Assembly (NCBI GenBank): GCA_965279525.1
Contig: CBDIIB010000005.1
Coordinates: 608,001-672,000 of the forward strand
Direction: 5' to 3'
Length of the DNA stretch: 64,000 bases
Source of the DNA: Tagaea sp.
Lineage (GTDB): Bacteria > Pseudomonadota > Alphaproteobacteria > CACIAM-22H2
Positions 30,306-42,006 of this stretch are shown here, piece after piece (positions within the stretch are counted from its first letter, which is position 1; each line of letters starts with the position of its first letter). Under the pieces are notes generated by a model. The model saw only the letters and a list, made by a program, of their open reading frames with translations. It was not told the origin of the DNA and ran no database searches. The position numbers and the translations under genes were made by a program.

Positions 30306-31138
30306 GCGCTGAGGGCCTGACGATCGAAGCCGCCGGACAGCCGGCCGGGCGCGCCGCCCGGCCGGTCGTCAGCTGCCGGGGTGTGGCCAAGCTGTTCTCG
30401 AACGGCACGCTGGCGCTCCAGAACGTCGATCTCGACATCGGCCGGCACCAGTTCGTCTCGCTGCTCGGGCCGTCGGGCTGCGGCAAGTCGACATTGCTGC
30501 GCCTGATCGCAGGGCTTGGCGAGGCGTCCGCCGGCACGATCGACTGGCCGGAGGCCGAGCACGATTCGACCGGTGCGGCCCTGCCGAGCCTCTCCTTCGT
30601 CTTCCAGGAGCCCACGCTGATGCCGTGGGCCAACGCGATCAAGAACGTGATGCTGCCGCTGAAGCTTGCCGGCGTGAAGCCGGACGAACAGCGTGCGCGC
30701 GCGGCCGAAGCGCTGCGCATGGTCGGCCTCGCCTCGTTCGAGAACGCCTATCCGCGCGAGCTGTCGGGCGGCATGAAGATGCGCGTGTCGATCGCGCGCG
30801 CGATGGTCACGCGCCCGCAGGTCCTGCTGATGGACGAGCCGTTCGCGGCACTGGACGAGATCACGCGCTTCAAGCTCAACAACGACCTGCTGGAGCTCTG
30901 GCACGCGTCGAACTTCACCGTCGTGTTCGTCACCCACTCGGTCTTCGAAAGCGTGTTCCTGTCCCAGCGCATCGTGACGATGGCCGCCCGGCCGGGGCGC
31001 GTCATCGCCGACATGGACGTGACCGCCCCCTATCCGCGGGCATCCGACTACCGGACCTCGCCGCTCTACAACGCCCATTGCAAGCGCGCGTCGGAAGCGC
31101 TCGAGCGCGCGATGGGCCATGCGATCGGGGCGCACTGA
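30302..31138 (+). CDS. ABC ATP-binding protein (TauB/SsuB-like)
   Basis: GPSGCGKST, LSGGM, MDEPF. Confidence 0.92.
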   Translation: MSAEGLTIEAAGQPAGRAARPVVSCRGVAKLFSNGTLALQNVDLDIGRHQFVSLLGPSGCGKSTLLRLIAGLGEASAGTIDWPEAEHDSTGAALPSLSFVFQEPTLMPWANAIKNVMLPLKLAGVKPDEQRARAAEALRMVGLASFENAYPRELSGGMKMRVSIARAMVTRPQVLLMDEPFAALDEITRFKLNNDLLELWHASNFTVVFVTHSVFESVFLSQRIVTMAARPGRVIADMDVTAPYPRASDYRTSPLYNAHCKRASEALERAMGHAIGAH

Positions 31139-31139
31139 C

Positions 31140-32012
31140 ATGCCGGATACGGCCCCCGCCCCCGTCATCACGATCGGCGACGATGCCCCGCCGGTGGTCC
31201 TTCGCGAACGCCGGATCCTTGGCGTGCCGGCCTCGACCTGGCCCAAGGTGCTGATGCCCTTGCTCGTCGGCGTGCTGGCGGTCGCGGTCTGGGAAATCCT
31301 CGTGCGCGTCAACGAGATCCCCGCCTATATCCTGCCCGGCCCCTTCCTGATCGCCCAGACGATGGTGACCGACTGGGGAACACTGTCGGGCTCGCTGTGG
31401 ATCACGCTGTCGATCAGCCTTGCAGCATTGTGCGTGGCCGTCCTGCTGGGCGTATCGCTGTCGGTGCTGTTCGCGCAGTCGAAATGGGTCGAGCTGTCGT
31501 TCTTTCCCTACGCCGTGATCCTGCAGGTGACGCCCATCGTGGCGATCGCACCGCTGATCATCATCTGGGTCAACGACGTGAAGCTCTCGCTGCTGATCTG
31601 CGCGTGGATCGTCGCGTTCTTCCCGATCCTTTCCAACACCACGCTCGGCCTCAACTCGGCCGACCACAACCTGCTCAACCTCTTCCAGCTCTACAAGGCG
31701 ACGCGCTTCCAGACGCTGCTGCACCTGCGCCTGCCGTCGGCCCTCCCCTACTTCCTCGGCGGCCTCAAGATCTCGGGCGGCCTCTCGCTGATCGGCGCCG
31801 TCGTCGCCGAGTTCGTCGCCGGGACCGGCGGCAGCCAGTCGGGCCTCGCCTACCGGATCCTGGAATCCGGATATCAGCTGCGCATCCCCCGCATGTTCGC
31901 CGCCCTGTTCATGATCTCGATCTCCGGGATCGTGATCTTCCTGTGCCTGTCCACGCTGTCGCACATGGTGCTGCGGCGCTGGCACGAAAGCGCGCTCAAG
32001 CGGGAAAACTGA
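31140..32012 (+). CDS. ABC permease (TauC/SsuC-like)
   Basis: TM segments; LRLPSALPY, GAVVAEF. Confidence 0.9.
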   Translation: MPDTAPAPVITIGDDAPPVVLRERRILGVPASTWPKVLMPLLVGVLAVAVWEILVRVNEIPAYILPGPFLIAQTMVTDWGTLSGSLWITLSISLAALCVAVLLGVSLSVLFAQSKWVELSFFPYAVILQVTPIVAIAPLIIIWVNDVKLSLLICAWIVAFFPILSNTTLGLNSADHNLLNLFQLYKATRFQTLLHLRLPSALPYFLGGLKISGGLSLIGAVVAEFVAGTGGSQSGLAYRILESGYQLRIPRMFAALFMISISGIVIFLCLSTLSHMVLRRWHESALKREN

Positions 32013-32013
32013 G

Positions 32014-33348
32014 ATGGCCGCAGGTTTCTTCGAACCGCCGCGCGCGGCGGCCTATGCCTTGCGCCACGTGCGCGTCCCGGCCCCGCTTGCGGCCGCGGCG
32101 GCACCGGCCAGCGCCGACGGCCATCTGCTTGTCGACATCGCGGTCGCGGACGGGCGCATCGCCGACATCGTGCCCGCCGGCACGATCGATCCGTCGCGCG
32201 GGCCCGACATGGCGCAGGCCAGCGTCTGGCCGACCTTCGCCGACATCCACACGCATCTCGACAAAGGCCATATCTGGCCGCGCGCGGCAAATCCCGACGG
32301 CACGTTCTATGGCGCGCTGACCACCGTGATGGCCGACCGCCAGAAGAACTGGACCGCCGCCGACATCGAGGCGCGCTTCGATTTCGCACTCCGCTGCGCC
32401 TACGCGCACGGCGTCAGCGCCGTGCGCACGCATCTCGACAGCTTCCCGCCGCAGGCCGAGACCTCATGGCCGGTGTTCGCAAAGCTGCGCGACAAGTGGG
32501 CCGGGCGGATCGCCTTGCAGGCGTCGTCGATCGTCGCAATGGACCATTTCGGCACGGACGATGGAGCGAAGCTCGCCGATCTGGTGAAGCGCCACGGCGG
32601 CCAGCTTGGCTGCGTGACGCGCATCTCGGGCGAGGACCATGTCGGCATCCCGCCCAATTTCGATGTCTACATGACGCGCGTGTTCGAGCTTGCCGAAGAA
32701 CGCGGTCTCGATCTCGACCTGCATGTCGACGAATCGGGCGATCCGGAAGCGCGCACGCTGGTGCGCATCGCGAAGATGGCGACGGCACGCAAGTTCAAGG
32801 GCGCCATCCTGATGGGCCATTGCTGCTCGCTTGCCGTCCAGCCCGACGAGGCGATCGACGAGGCGCTCGCCGCCTGCGTGGACGCGCGCGTCGACGTCGT
32901 CAGCCTGCCGATGTGCAACATGTACCTGCAGGGCCGCGAAAAGGGCCGCACGCCGCGCTGGCGCGGCGTCACGCTGCTGCACGAAATGAAGGCCCGCGGG
33001 ATGCGCGTGGCGGTCGCCGGCGACAACGTGCGCGACCCGTTCTACGCCTACGGTGACCACGACATGCTCGAGACCTTCGTGCAGGCCGTGCGAATCGTGC
33101 AGCTCGACCATCCGTTCGGCGACTGGGCGAAGGCAGCGACGACCACGCCGGCCGACATCATGAAGCTTCCCGCGACGGGCCGGCTCGCGCGCGGCCTGCC
33201 GGCCGATCTCGTCGTGTTGCGCGCGCGCAGCTATTCCGAGCTCTTGTCGCGCCGGCAGGCCGACCGCGTCGTGATCCGCGACGGCAAGGCCATCGACACG
33301 ACGCTGCCCGACTATCGCGAACTGGACGCCGTCGCGGGCTCGCCATGA
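32014..33348 (+). CDS. Cytosine-deaminase-family amidohydrolase (pterin deaminase-like)
   Basis: HTHLDK, RTHLD, HVDE, GHCCS, DNVRDPFY. Confidence 0.88.
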   Translation: MAAGFFEPPRAAAYALRHVRVPAPLAAAAAPASADGHLLVDIAVADGRIADIVPAGTIDPSRGPDMAQASVWPTFADIHTHLDKGHIWPRAANPDGTFYGALTTVMADRQKNWTAADIEARFDFALRCAYAHGVSAVRTHLDSFPPQAETSWPVFAKLRDKWAGRIALQASSIVAMDHFGTDDGAKLADLVKRHGGQLGCVTRISGEDHVGIPPNFDVYMTRVFELAEERGLDLDLHVDESGDPEARTLVRIAKMATARKFKGAILMGHCCSLAVQPDEAIDEALAACVDARVDVVSLPMCNMYLQGREKGRTPRWRGVTLLHEMKARGMRVAVAGDNVRDPFYAYGDHDMLETFVQAVRIVQLDHPFGDWAKAATTTPADIMKLPATGRLARGLPADLVVLRARSYSELLSRRQADRVVIRDGKAIDTTLPDYRELDAVAGSP

Positions 33349-34706
33349 CGGATACGTTGGCCGCGTACGACCTTGGCGGTTTCCGCAAGGCACTGCCGGG
33401 AGTCGAGATCATCGACGACCCGCAGCTCGTGCGCCTCAAAAGCCGCGACTTCTTCTGGTACAGCCCGATCCTGAAGGCGGAGCTCAACCGCAAGTCGGCC
33501 GATCTCGTCGCGGTCCCGAAGGACCAGGACGAGGCACTTCGCGTCATCGGTGCGTGCGCGCAGTTCCGCATCCCGCTTGTCGTGCGCGGCGGCGGCACCG
33601 GCAACTACGGCCAGCTCGTGCCGCTCAGGGGCGGGGTGATCCTCGATACTGCACGCCTCGACCGCACGGTCTTCGTGAAGCCCGGCGCCGGCCGATTCGA
33701 AGCCGGCGCCAATCTCGTCGAGATCGACCGGCAGGCGCGCGCGATCGGCTGGGAGATGCGCATGCATCCCTCGACCAAGCGCATGTCCGCCATCGGCGGT
33801 TTCGTCGCGGGCGGGGCTGCGGGCGTGGGATCGATCACGCTGGGCCAGCTGCGCGACTGGGGCAGCATCCCGGGCATCCGGGTCGCCACCTGCGAGCCCG
33901 TCCCCCGCATTTTCGATTTCCGCGGCCGCGACGTGGCGAACGCCACGCACGCCTACGGCACCACCGGCGTGATCCTCGAAGTCGAGATCACGCTCGCCCC
34001 GGTCTATCCGTGGTTCGACGCGGTCGTCGCCTTCGACGATTTCATGGATGCGGCCCGCTTCGGCCAGGCGCTGGGCGAGGCCGACGGCATCATGAAGAAG
34101 GAGGTCGCCGTCGTCGCCTGGCCGATCCCGGCCTGGTTCAAGGCGCTGAAGGCCGAATGTCCGGAAGGCAAGCACGTCGCGTTCTGCATGCTGGCCGGGT
34201 CCGAGAAGGCCGCATTCGAAAAGCTGGCGGCGACGCATGGCGGGCAGCTCACCGCATGGCGCCCCACACCCGACGAGACCGTGCAGGGCGAGACGCCGAT
34301 CTACGAATATTGCTGGAACCACACGACGCTGCAGGCCCTGAAGGTGGACCGGACGGTCACGTACCTGCAGACCGTGTTTCCGCTCGGCCGCAATCTCGAA
34401 GTCGTCGAGGCGATGTACCGCCATTATGGCGACGAGGTCATGCTGCATCTGGAGTTCCAGCGCCGCTTCGGGCGCGTCAACTGCTCGGCCCTGCAGGTCG
34501 TGCGCTGGACGACCAAGGAGCGGCTCTACGAGATCATCCGCCACCACGAGGCGGCCGGCTGCATCATCCCCAACCCGCACAGCTACATCCTGGAAGACAA
34601 GGGCCCAAAGGTCATCGCCGGCGACCGCCAGCTCGAATTCAAGCGCGTGTCGGATCCCTACGGGCTGCTCAATCCCGGCAAGATGACGCGCTGGAGCCCG
34701 CAATGA
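33345..34706 (+). CDS. FAD-binding oxidoreductase (GlcD/VAO fold), copy 1
   Basis: RGGGTGNYGQ, HAYGT, WNHTT, LNPGK. Confidence 0.88.
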   Translation: MTDTLAAYDLGGFRKALPGVEIIDDPQLVRLKSRDFFWYSPILKAELNRKSADLVAVPKDQDEALRVIGACAQFRIPLVVRGGGTGNYGQLVPLRGGVILDTARLDRTVFVKPGAGRFEAGANLVEIDRQARAIGWEMRMHPSTKRMSAIGGFVAGGAAGVGSITLGQLRDWGSIPGIRVATCEPVPRIFDFRGRDVANATHAYGTTGVILEVEITLAPVYPWFDAVVAFDDFMDAARFGQALGEADGIMKKEVAVVAWPIPAWFKALKAECPEGKHVAFCMLAGSEKAAFEKLAATHGGQLTAWRPTPDETVQGETPIYEYCWNHTTLQALKVDRTVTYLQTVFPLGRNLEVVEAMYRHYGDEVMLHLEFQRRFGRVNCSALQVVRWTTKERLYEIIRHHEAAGCIIPNPHSYILEDKGPKVIAGDRQLEFKRVSDPYGLLNPGKMTRWSPQ

Positions 34707-36115
34707 GCCTGTGGCCCGAACCGCCGCCGCCGGCCCCGCACGACACCGACTGGGCCGCCTTCAAGGCCGAGATCGCCCCGGTCGAGACGATCGACGAACA
34801 GGCACTCGTGCGCCAGAAATCGCGCGATTTCTACTGGTACTCGCCGATCCTGAAACGCCAGCTCGGCAAGCATTTCGGCGACCTGATCGCGATCCCGAAG
34901 GACGAGGCGGAAGTCGTCAAGGTGGCCGCCGCGTGTGCCAGGCGCCGCATCCCGCTGACCGTGCGCGGGGCCGGGACCGGCAACTACGGCCAGGCGATGC
35001 CGCTGGCCGGCGGCGTCATTCTCGACATGACGGCGATGGACAAGATCGTGTCGCTCGAAGCCGGTGCCCTCAAGGTGCAGCCGGGCATCAAGCTGATCGA
35101 CCTCGAGGCGCAGACGGTGCCGCAGGGCTGGGAACTGCGCTTCCATCCCTCGACACGGCGCACGGCGACCATCGGCGGCTTCATCGCCGGCGGCTCCAGC
35201 GGGATCGGCTCGATCAATTTCGGCGTGCTGCGCGATCGCGGCACCGTGCGTTCGCTTCGTGTCGTCACGGTCGAGGAGAGCCCCCGCATCGTCACGCTGG
35301 AAGGCGACGACGTGCAGAAGGTCGTGCACGCCTACGGCACCAACGGCATCGTAACGGAGCTGGACATCGCGCTGGCGCGCGCCTGGCCATGGGCCGAATG
35401 CATCGCGAGCTTCAAGGATTTCATGGGCGCCGTGCGCTTCTCCCAGGCGCTCTGCGAGGCCGACGCGATCGTCAAGAAGGAGGTGGCACCCATCGACTGG
35501 GGTGCCGCGAAACATTTCAAGCCGCTGCTCGGGCATCTTCGCGAGGGCGAAGCCATCGTCATCCTGACGCTCGCCGAGGCGAGCCTGGAGCCGTTCAAGG
35601 ACCTGCTCGCCGAGCATGGCGGCACATGCGTGTTCGAGCGGCCGATGACGGACGGCGCCGCCGAGATCCCGCCGCTCTACGAGTTCACGTGGAACCACAC
35701 GACATTGCAGGTGCTGAAGACCGACAAGACAATCACCTACCTGCAGACGCTGTTCCCGCCGCCCGACCATGTGGCGCTGGTCGAGAAGATGTGGAAGCAC
35801 TTCGGCGACGAAGTCGTGATGCATCTGGAATTCGTGCGTCTGCAAGGCAAGGTCGGGTGCTTCGGGCTGCAGGTCGTGCGTTACACCGCGCCCGAGCGGC
35901 TCAAGGAGATCATCGATTTCCACAACGCGAACGGCTGCCCGATCTTCGATCCGCACACGTTCCTGCTGGAAGACGGCGGCATGCGCGTGGTCGACGAGGC
36001 GCAGTACGAATTCAAGCGCGCGGCGGATCCGCATGGCCTGCTCAATCCGGGGAAGATGCGCGCCTGGGCCGAGCGCACGCCGACGACCGGCAAGTGGGCG
36101 GACGTGAAGCTCTAG
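34703..36115 (+). CDS. FAD-binding oxidoreductase, copy 2 (paralog)
   Basis: Same motifs (RGAGTGNYGQ, WNHTTL, LNPGK); start at MSLWPEP. Confidence 0.88.
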   Translation: MSLWPEPPPPAPHDTDWAAFKAEIAPVETIDEQALVRQKSRDFYWYSPILKRQLGKHFGDLIAIPKDEAEVVKVAAACARRRIPLTVRGAGTGNYGQAMPLAGGVILDMTAMDKIVSLEAGALKVQPGIKLIDLEAQTVPQGWELRFHPSTRRTATIGGFIAGGSSGIGSINFGVLRDRGTVRSLRVVTVEESPRIVTLEGDDVQKVVHAYGTNGIVTELDIALARAWPWAECIASFKDFMGAVRFSQALCEADAIVKKEVAPIDWGAAKHFKPLLGHLREGEAIVILTLAEASLEPFKDLLAEHGGTCVFERPMTDGAAEIPPLYEFTWNHTTLQVLKTDKTITYLQTLFPPPDHVALVEKMWKHFGDEVVMHLEFVRLQGKVGCFGLQVVRYTAPERLKEIIDFHNANGCPIFDPHTFLLEDGGMRVVDEAQYEFKRAADPHGLLNPGKMRAWAERTPTTGKWADVKL

Positions 36116-36693
36116 AAGGCTTCGAATGTCCGCCTGATCTTCGCGAGGAACACCGCCCGGCTTTCGGGCGTCGAGCCGTCCATCCGGTCGTGTGCGCGCC
36201 ACGTGAAACGGCAGCCCGGCGCGCAGATCGCGCGCACGCCGCGCGACAGGAACATCCGGCCCGGATGGCCCATGTACCAGGCGAACCACCAGGGAGCGCC
36301 CATCGTCGTCACGGCCACGACATGGCGCACGTTGGTCAGCAGCGGCCGGATCACGCCGCCATTGATGTCGAACACGATGCCGGGCGCCCACACACGGTCG
36401 AACCAGCCCTTCAGCATCGCCGGCAGGCCGTACCACCAGGTCGGATAGACGAAGACGATCGTCTCCGCCCATTTGAGACGCGCGATATGGGCCTCGATGC
36501 CCTGCGTGTTGGCGCCCGTATCGTGGTAGCGGCCGCGCTCGTCGGCATCCATCGCCGGCTCGAATCCCTCGGCGTAGAGATCGAGGAGGTCGACCGCATG
36601 GCCGCGTGCCGCAAGCGTCTTGCACGTGGCGTGGCACAAGGCGGCGGCATATGAATCCGCGCGCGGATGGCAATAGACGACGAGGATGTTCAT
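36112..36693 (-). CDS. Flavodoxin-fold NAD(P)H-dependent oxidoreductase
   Basis: HP...S, YPTWWYGLPAMLKGWFDRV. Confidence 0.88.
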   Translation of the reverse strand: MNILVVYCHPRADSYAAALCHATCKTLAARGHAVDLLDLYAEGFEPAMDADERGRYHDTGANTQGIEAHIARLKWAETIVFVYPTWWYGLPAMLKGWFDRVWAPGIVFDINGGVIRPLLTNVRHVVAVTTMGAPWWFAWYMGHPGRMFLSRGVRAICAPGCRFTWRAHDRMDGSTPESRAVFLAKIRRTFEAF

Positions 36694-37280
36694 GCGAGCG
36701 TGGCCAGCGTGCGCGCGACTTTGGCGAGGAACGCGGTGCGCGAGGTGTGGGTCGAGCGGTTCATGTCGTAATGCGCGATGAAGCGCACCCGGGCCTGCCC
36801 GCCCGTGACGAGGCGGAAATAGCGCACGATGTTCTTGCGCGGCGGATTCCCCATCAGGAAAGTCGCGACCCACCAGGGCCGGCCATAGGTCGAGATGCCG
36901 ACGACGCGCTTCAGATGCTGCAGGTTGGGTCGCGCGATGCCGTCCTCGCCCAGCCGGAACGACACGCCGGGCAGCATCACGCGGTCGAACCAGCCCTTCA
37001 GCATCGCCGGCAGGCCGTAGGTCCAGGTCGGGTAGACGAAGACAAGGGCTTCGGCCCACTGGAGCTGTGCCACGTACGTCTCGACGCCCGCGCGGTTCTT
37101 CGACAGGTCGTGATAGTCGAGCCGCTCGGCGCGCGACAGGACCGGATTGAACCCCTCGGCGTACAGGTCGAGATCGGCGACCTCGTGGCCGGCCTGCTTC
37201 AGCGCATCGACCGCCACGCGATGGATTTCGGCGTTGTAGCTGGTCTCGACCGGATGGCAGAAGACGACGAGGACTTTCAT
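36690..37280 (-). CDS. Flavodoxin-fold NAD(P)H-dependent oxidoreductase (paralog)
   Basis: YPTWTYGLPAMLKGWFDRV. Confidence 0.88.
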   Translation of the reverse strand: MKVLVVFCHPVETSYNAEIHRVAVDALKQAGHEVADLDLYAEGFNPVLSRAERLDYHDLSKNRAGVETYVAQLQWAEALVFVYPTWTYGLPAMLKGWFDRVMLPGVSFRLGEDGIARPNLQHLKRVVGISTYGRPWWVATFLMGNPPRKNIVRYFRLVTGGQARVRFIAHYDMNRSTHTSRTAFLAKVARTLATLA

Positions 37281-37395
37281 TCGGGGCACGTCATGGCGGA
37301 AAGATGAAAGCACGGGACATGCCAATTCTCTTGCCCGTTTGGCCGCCGCTTTGCAACGATCCGGCACGCTGCCTCCCGCCGGAAAGGTTCCGCCG

Positions 37396-38412
<1,017 letters not shown>

Positions 38413-38535
38413 CTGGAAGTTATTGATCCGGGACCAGATGGTCGTTGTCCACGGGAGAAGTTGCTGCCAACTTTCCTGACGGCTGGAAATCCAGCCTCGA
38501 AAATCGGGCGAAACAGCCCGAACAGGGAGGATCGC

Positions 38536-39528
38536 ATGACCCCGACGCGACGGAACTTTCTCTCGACGTCCGCAGGTTTCGGACTGGCCGCGGCCATGGA
38601 TGTCCGGATCGCCCTCGGGCAGGCGCTGACGAAGGTCCGGCTCACGGCCGGCGCCAATATCGGCTACTCGCACCAGTATGTCGGCGAAGCCACGGGCATC
38701 TTCCGCAAGCACGGCATCGACGCGAGCGTGATCCTGTTCGACGTGGGCTTCCTCGGGACCGAGGCGGTCATCGCGGGCCAGGCCGAGACGTCGGGCACGG
38801 TCGAGTTCCCGCTGATGAACCTCCTGTCGAAGGGGGCCGATCTCGTCGTGCCGGCGGTCATTATCACCGCGGACGACCTCAAGATCGTGGCCTTGACGTC
38901 GATCGCCAAGCCGGAGGACTTCGTCGGCAGGAAGGTCGGCTACATCTTCGGCTCGTCGGCCCATTTCGCCTTCGACCGCTATCTCTCGCATTTCGGCATT
39001 CCGCGCGAGCGCGTGACGCACATCAACGTGCCCGCGGCCGAGCAGCCCGCCTTGATGGCGCGCGGCGACATCGACGCGTTCGTCTGGCTCGAGCCGATGG
39101 TCAAGCGCGGGCTCGACATCATGCGCGGGCGCGCCCACGTGATGAAGCCGGGCATCGAAGTCGCCTACAAGACCCGCACGTACCTGCAGATGTCGCGTGC
39201 CTGGGTCGAGAAGAACCAGGAAGCGACCGTCGGCCTGCTGCGGGGCTTCGTCGAGTGCGATGCCTTCATCCGCGCCGAGCCGCGCAAGACCGCCGAGATC
39301 GCCGGCAAGAAACTGAACATCCCGGCCGACCAGGCGCAGGAACTGCTCCAGCAGGTCGGCTTCGATTTCAGCCTCTATCTCGACAAGGACCTGACCAAGG
39401 TGTTCGACGGCGTGGCCGACTGGATGCGCGGTCAGAACCGCCTCACGGGCCCGGCCCCGGACATGAGCAAGGTGTTCGTGCCGCAGTATCTCCGGCAGGT
39501 GAACCCGGCACTCGTGAAGGGCTTCTGA
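38536..39528 (+). CDS. ABC substrate-binding protein (SsuA/THI5-like)
   Basis: TRRNFL Tat leader; GDIDAFVWLEP. Confidence 0.85.
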   Translation: MTPTRRNFLSTSAGFGLAAAMDVRIALGQALTKVRLTAGANIGYSHQYVGEATGIFRKHGIDASVILFDVGFLGTEAVIAGQAETSGTVEFPLMNLLSKGADLVVPAVIITADDLKIVALTSIAKPEDFVGRKVGYIFGSSAHFAFDRYLSHFGIPRERVTHINVPAAEQPALMARGDIDAFVWLEPMVKRGLDIMRGRAHVMKPGIEVAYKTRTYLQMSRAWVEKNQEATVGLLRGFVECDAFIRAEPRKTAEIAGKKLNIPADQAQELLQQVGFDFSLYLDKDLTKVFDGVADWMRGQNRLTGPAPDMSKVFVPQYLRQVNPALVKGF

Positions 39529-39533
39529 GGGCC

Positions 39534-40316
39534 GTGACGTCGATCGAGCTTCGGTCGGTCTCGAAGTCGTTCGACGGCGACGGGCGTGCCGGCGGCGCTT
39601 ACACGGCGCTCGACGGTCTCGATCTTGCGGTCCGGGAGGGCGAGTTCTTCTGCCTGCTCGGCCCCACCGGCTGCGGCAAGTCGACGGTCCTGCATTTGAT
39701 CGCGGGCTTCGACCAGCCGACGGCCGGCAGCATCGCGGTGCGCGGCCGGCCGGTGACCGGTCCGGGGGCGGATCGCGGCGTGGTGTTCCAGACCGAGTTG
39801 GCGCTGTTCCCGTGGCTGACGGTCGAGGAGAACGTCGCGTTCGGCCTGAAGATGCGCGGAGCGCCGGCCGCCGAACGCGCGGCGGTTCTTGACCGCAATC
39901 TCGATCTGGTCGGCCTTTCCAAGCACCGGCGGAAGTTCCCGCGCGAACTTTCCGGCGGCATGAAGCAGCGCGTCCAGATCGCCCGGGCACTTGCCAACGA
40001 TCCGGACATCCTGCTGATGGACGAGCCGTTCGGCGCACTCGACGCGCAGACGCGCAGGCGCATGCAGGAAGAAGTCGTCCGGATCTGGACGCAGGCGCGC
40101 AAGACGGTCGTGTTCATCACGCACGACATCGGCGAGGCGATCTGGCTTGCCGACCGGATCGGCGTGATGACCCGCGGACCCGCCGCCCGGGTCAAGGAAG
40201 TCGTCGAGGTCGCATTGCCTCGGCCGCGCAAGACGATGACGCCCGAGTTCGTCGAGATCTACAACGCGCTGAGCGCCTCGATCCAGGCCGAGGCGGAGGC
40301 GATGCTCAATGAATAG
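39534..40316 (+). CDS. ABC ATP-binding protein
   Basis: GPTGCGKST, LSGGM, MDEPF; GTG start. Confidence 0.9.
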   Translation: MTSIELRSVSKSFDGDGRAGGAYTALDGLDLAVREGEFFCLLGPTGCGKSTVLHLIAGFDQPTAGSIAVRGRPVTGPGADRGVVFQTELALFPWLTVEENVAFGLKMRGAPAAERAAVLDRNLDLVGLSKHRRKFPRELSGGMKQRVQIARALANDPDILLMDEPFGALDAQTRRRMQEEVVRIWTQARKTVVFITHDIGEAIWLADRIGVMTRGPAARVKEVVEVALPRPRKTMTPEFVEIYNALSASIQAEAEAMLNE

Positions 40317-41070
40317 GTTCTTCGCCGACCGGCGCGTCTTCTATGCGATCCTCGCCGTCGGTACATGGGCCGTGTGGGAAGCGATCGCGGCGGCGTCGAT
40401 GCCGATCTTCTTTCCGCCGCCCGAGGAAGTCGCACTGGCCTTCTGGACGAGCCTCACGAACGGCACGCTCGTCGAGCATGTGCTGATGAGCTATTTCCGC
40501 ATCCTCGTCGGCTGGGTGATCGGCTGCGCGCTCGCCATCCCGCTGGGGCTGCTGGCCGGGCGCTCGCGCTTCGTGCGCGCGGTGCTCGAGCCCTATATCG
40601 AATTCTTCCGCTTCATCCCGCCGATCGCGTTCATCACGCTGTTCCTGATCTGGTTCGGGCTCGGCGAGGTCTCGAAGATCCTGCTGATCGTCTACACGTC
40701 GCTGTTCGTCGCGTTCATCAACACGCTGGCCGGAGCCATGGCCGTCGACGTCGAGAAGATCCGGGCCGCCCAGTGCATGGGTGCTTCGGCACGCCAGACA
40801 TTCATCCACGTGGTCGTGCCCGCGACCGTTCCGCACATCGTCACCGGCATCCGGCTCGCACTCGGCAATGCGTTCATGACGGTGGTCGCGGCCGAGCTCG
40901 TCGCCGCCCAGAGCGGCGTTGGACACCTGATCTGGAACTCGCGCCTGTTTGCCCAGACGGATTTCGTGTTCGTCGGCATCATCACCCTGGGGCTGATGGG
41001 CTTTGCCGCGAACTGGGCGCTGCGCCAGCTCACCATGCGCGTCGCCTACCGCTACAACATCAAGAGCTGA
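40309..41070 (+). CDS. ABC permease
   Basis: TM segments; VVAAELV. Confidence 0.9.
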   Translation: MNRFFADRRVFYAILAVGTWAVWEAIAAASMPIFFPPPEEVALAFWTSLTNGTLVEHVLMSYFRILVGWVIGCALAIPLGLLAGRSRFVRAVLEPYIEFFRFIPPIAFITLFLIWFGLGEVSKILLIVYTSLFVAFINTLAGAMAVDVEKIRAAQCMGASARQTFIHVVVPATVPHIVTGIRLALGNAFMTVVAAELVAAQSGVGHLIWNSRLFAQTDFVFVGIITLGLMGFAANWALRQLTMRVAYRYNIKS

Positions 41071-41074
41071 GCCG

Positions 41075-41926
41075 ATGGCGATCGACGCGCACATCCATCT
41101 CTGGCGCCGGGCCGACGGGGACGACATCTGGCTTCCCGGTAAGATCGGCGGCCTCGCGCGCGATTTTACCGAAGCCGACTGGCGCGCGCATGCCGACGCA
41201 AGCGGCATCGACGGCGTCGTGCTCGTGCAGGCGGCGCACGAGACGGCCGAGTCGCTGCGCTGGCTGGCGGCGGCCGAGAAGCTGCCGCGCATGCTCGGCG
41301 TCGTCGCGTGGGCCGATCTCCATTCGCCAAAGCTGCGCGACGACATCGTCCGCTACAAGACGTTCGGCAAGTTCGTTGGCATCCGGCCGCTGCCGCACGG
41401 CACGTTCGGCGGCGACTGGCTGACCGATCCGCGGACCCGGACGGGGCTTGCCACGCTGCGCGACGAAAACGTCGTCACCGACATTCTGGTCAAGTGGCCG
41501 TCGCTTCGGGCGGCGACGGCACTGGTCGCGGACTTCCCCGACCTGCGGGTGGTCCTCGATCATTGCGGCCGGCCGGACACGATGACGGGCCAGATCGAGC
41601 CCTGGGCCAGCGACCTTCGCGCGTTCGCGCGCACGACGAAGGCAGTCGTCAAATGCTCGGGCCTGATCGAGCGGGCCGGCATCGAGTGGAGCAAGGCGGC
41701 CTTGCGCCCTTATGTCGAGACGGTCATCGACGCGTTCGGCCCCGCGCGCGTCATGTTCGCGACGAACTGGCCGGTCCTGGAGATCGGCGGGACCTACGAA
41801 GGCTGGGTCCGGACCTTCCGCGAGATCTGCGACGACATGGGCCTGTCGGCAGCCGACCGGCTGGAGATGTTCGAGGGGACCGCGCGGCGTGCGTATGGCC
41901 TTCAGGGGTCGGCAGGCGGGGCGTAA
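41075..41926 (+). CDS. Amidohydrolase_2 family protein (lactonase-like)
   Basis: IDAHIHLW, LDHCGRP, RVMFATNWP. Confidence 0.85.
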   Translation: MAIDAHIHLWRRADGDDIWLPGKIGGLARDFTEADWRAHADASGIDGVVLVQAAHETAESLRWLAAAEKLPRMLGVVAWADLHSPKLRDDIVRYKTFGKFVGIRPLPHGTFGGDWLTDPRTRTGLATLRDENVVTDILVKWPSLRAATALVADFPDLRVVLDHCGRPDTMTGQIEPWASDLRAFARTTKAVVKCSGLIERAGIEWSKAALRPYVETVIDAFGPARVMFATNWPVLEIGGTYEGWVRTFREICDDMGLSAADRLEMFEGTARRAYGLQGSAGGA

Positions 41927-41948
41927 CCTTCCGGCATCGCCGTCCGAA
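41923..41948 (+). promoter_or_regulatory. SigF/ECF16-type promoter
   Basis: GTAACC-N16-CGAA upstream of the small ORF and the sigma/NrsF pair. Confidence 0.7.
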
Positions 41949-42006
41949 CGGACCATACCGGACCCTAGAAATTTTGGGCCGGCCCTCGAATGCCGGAGAA
42001 TCCGTC

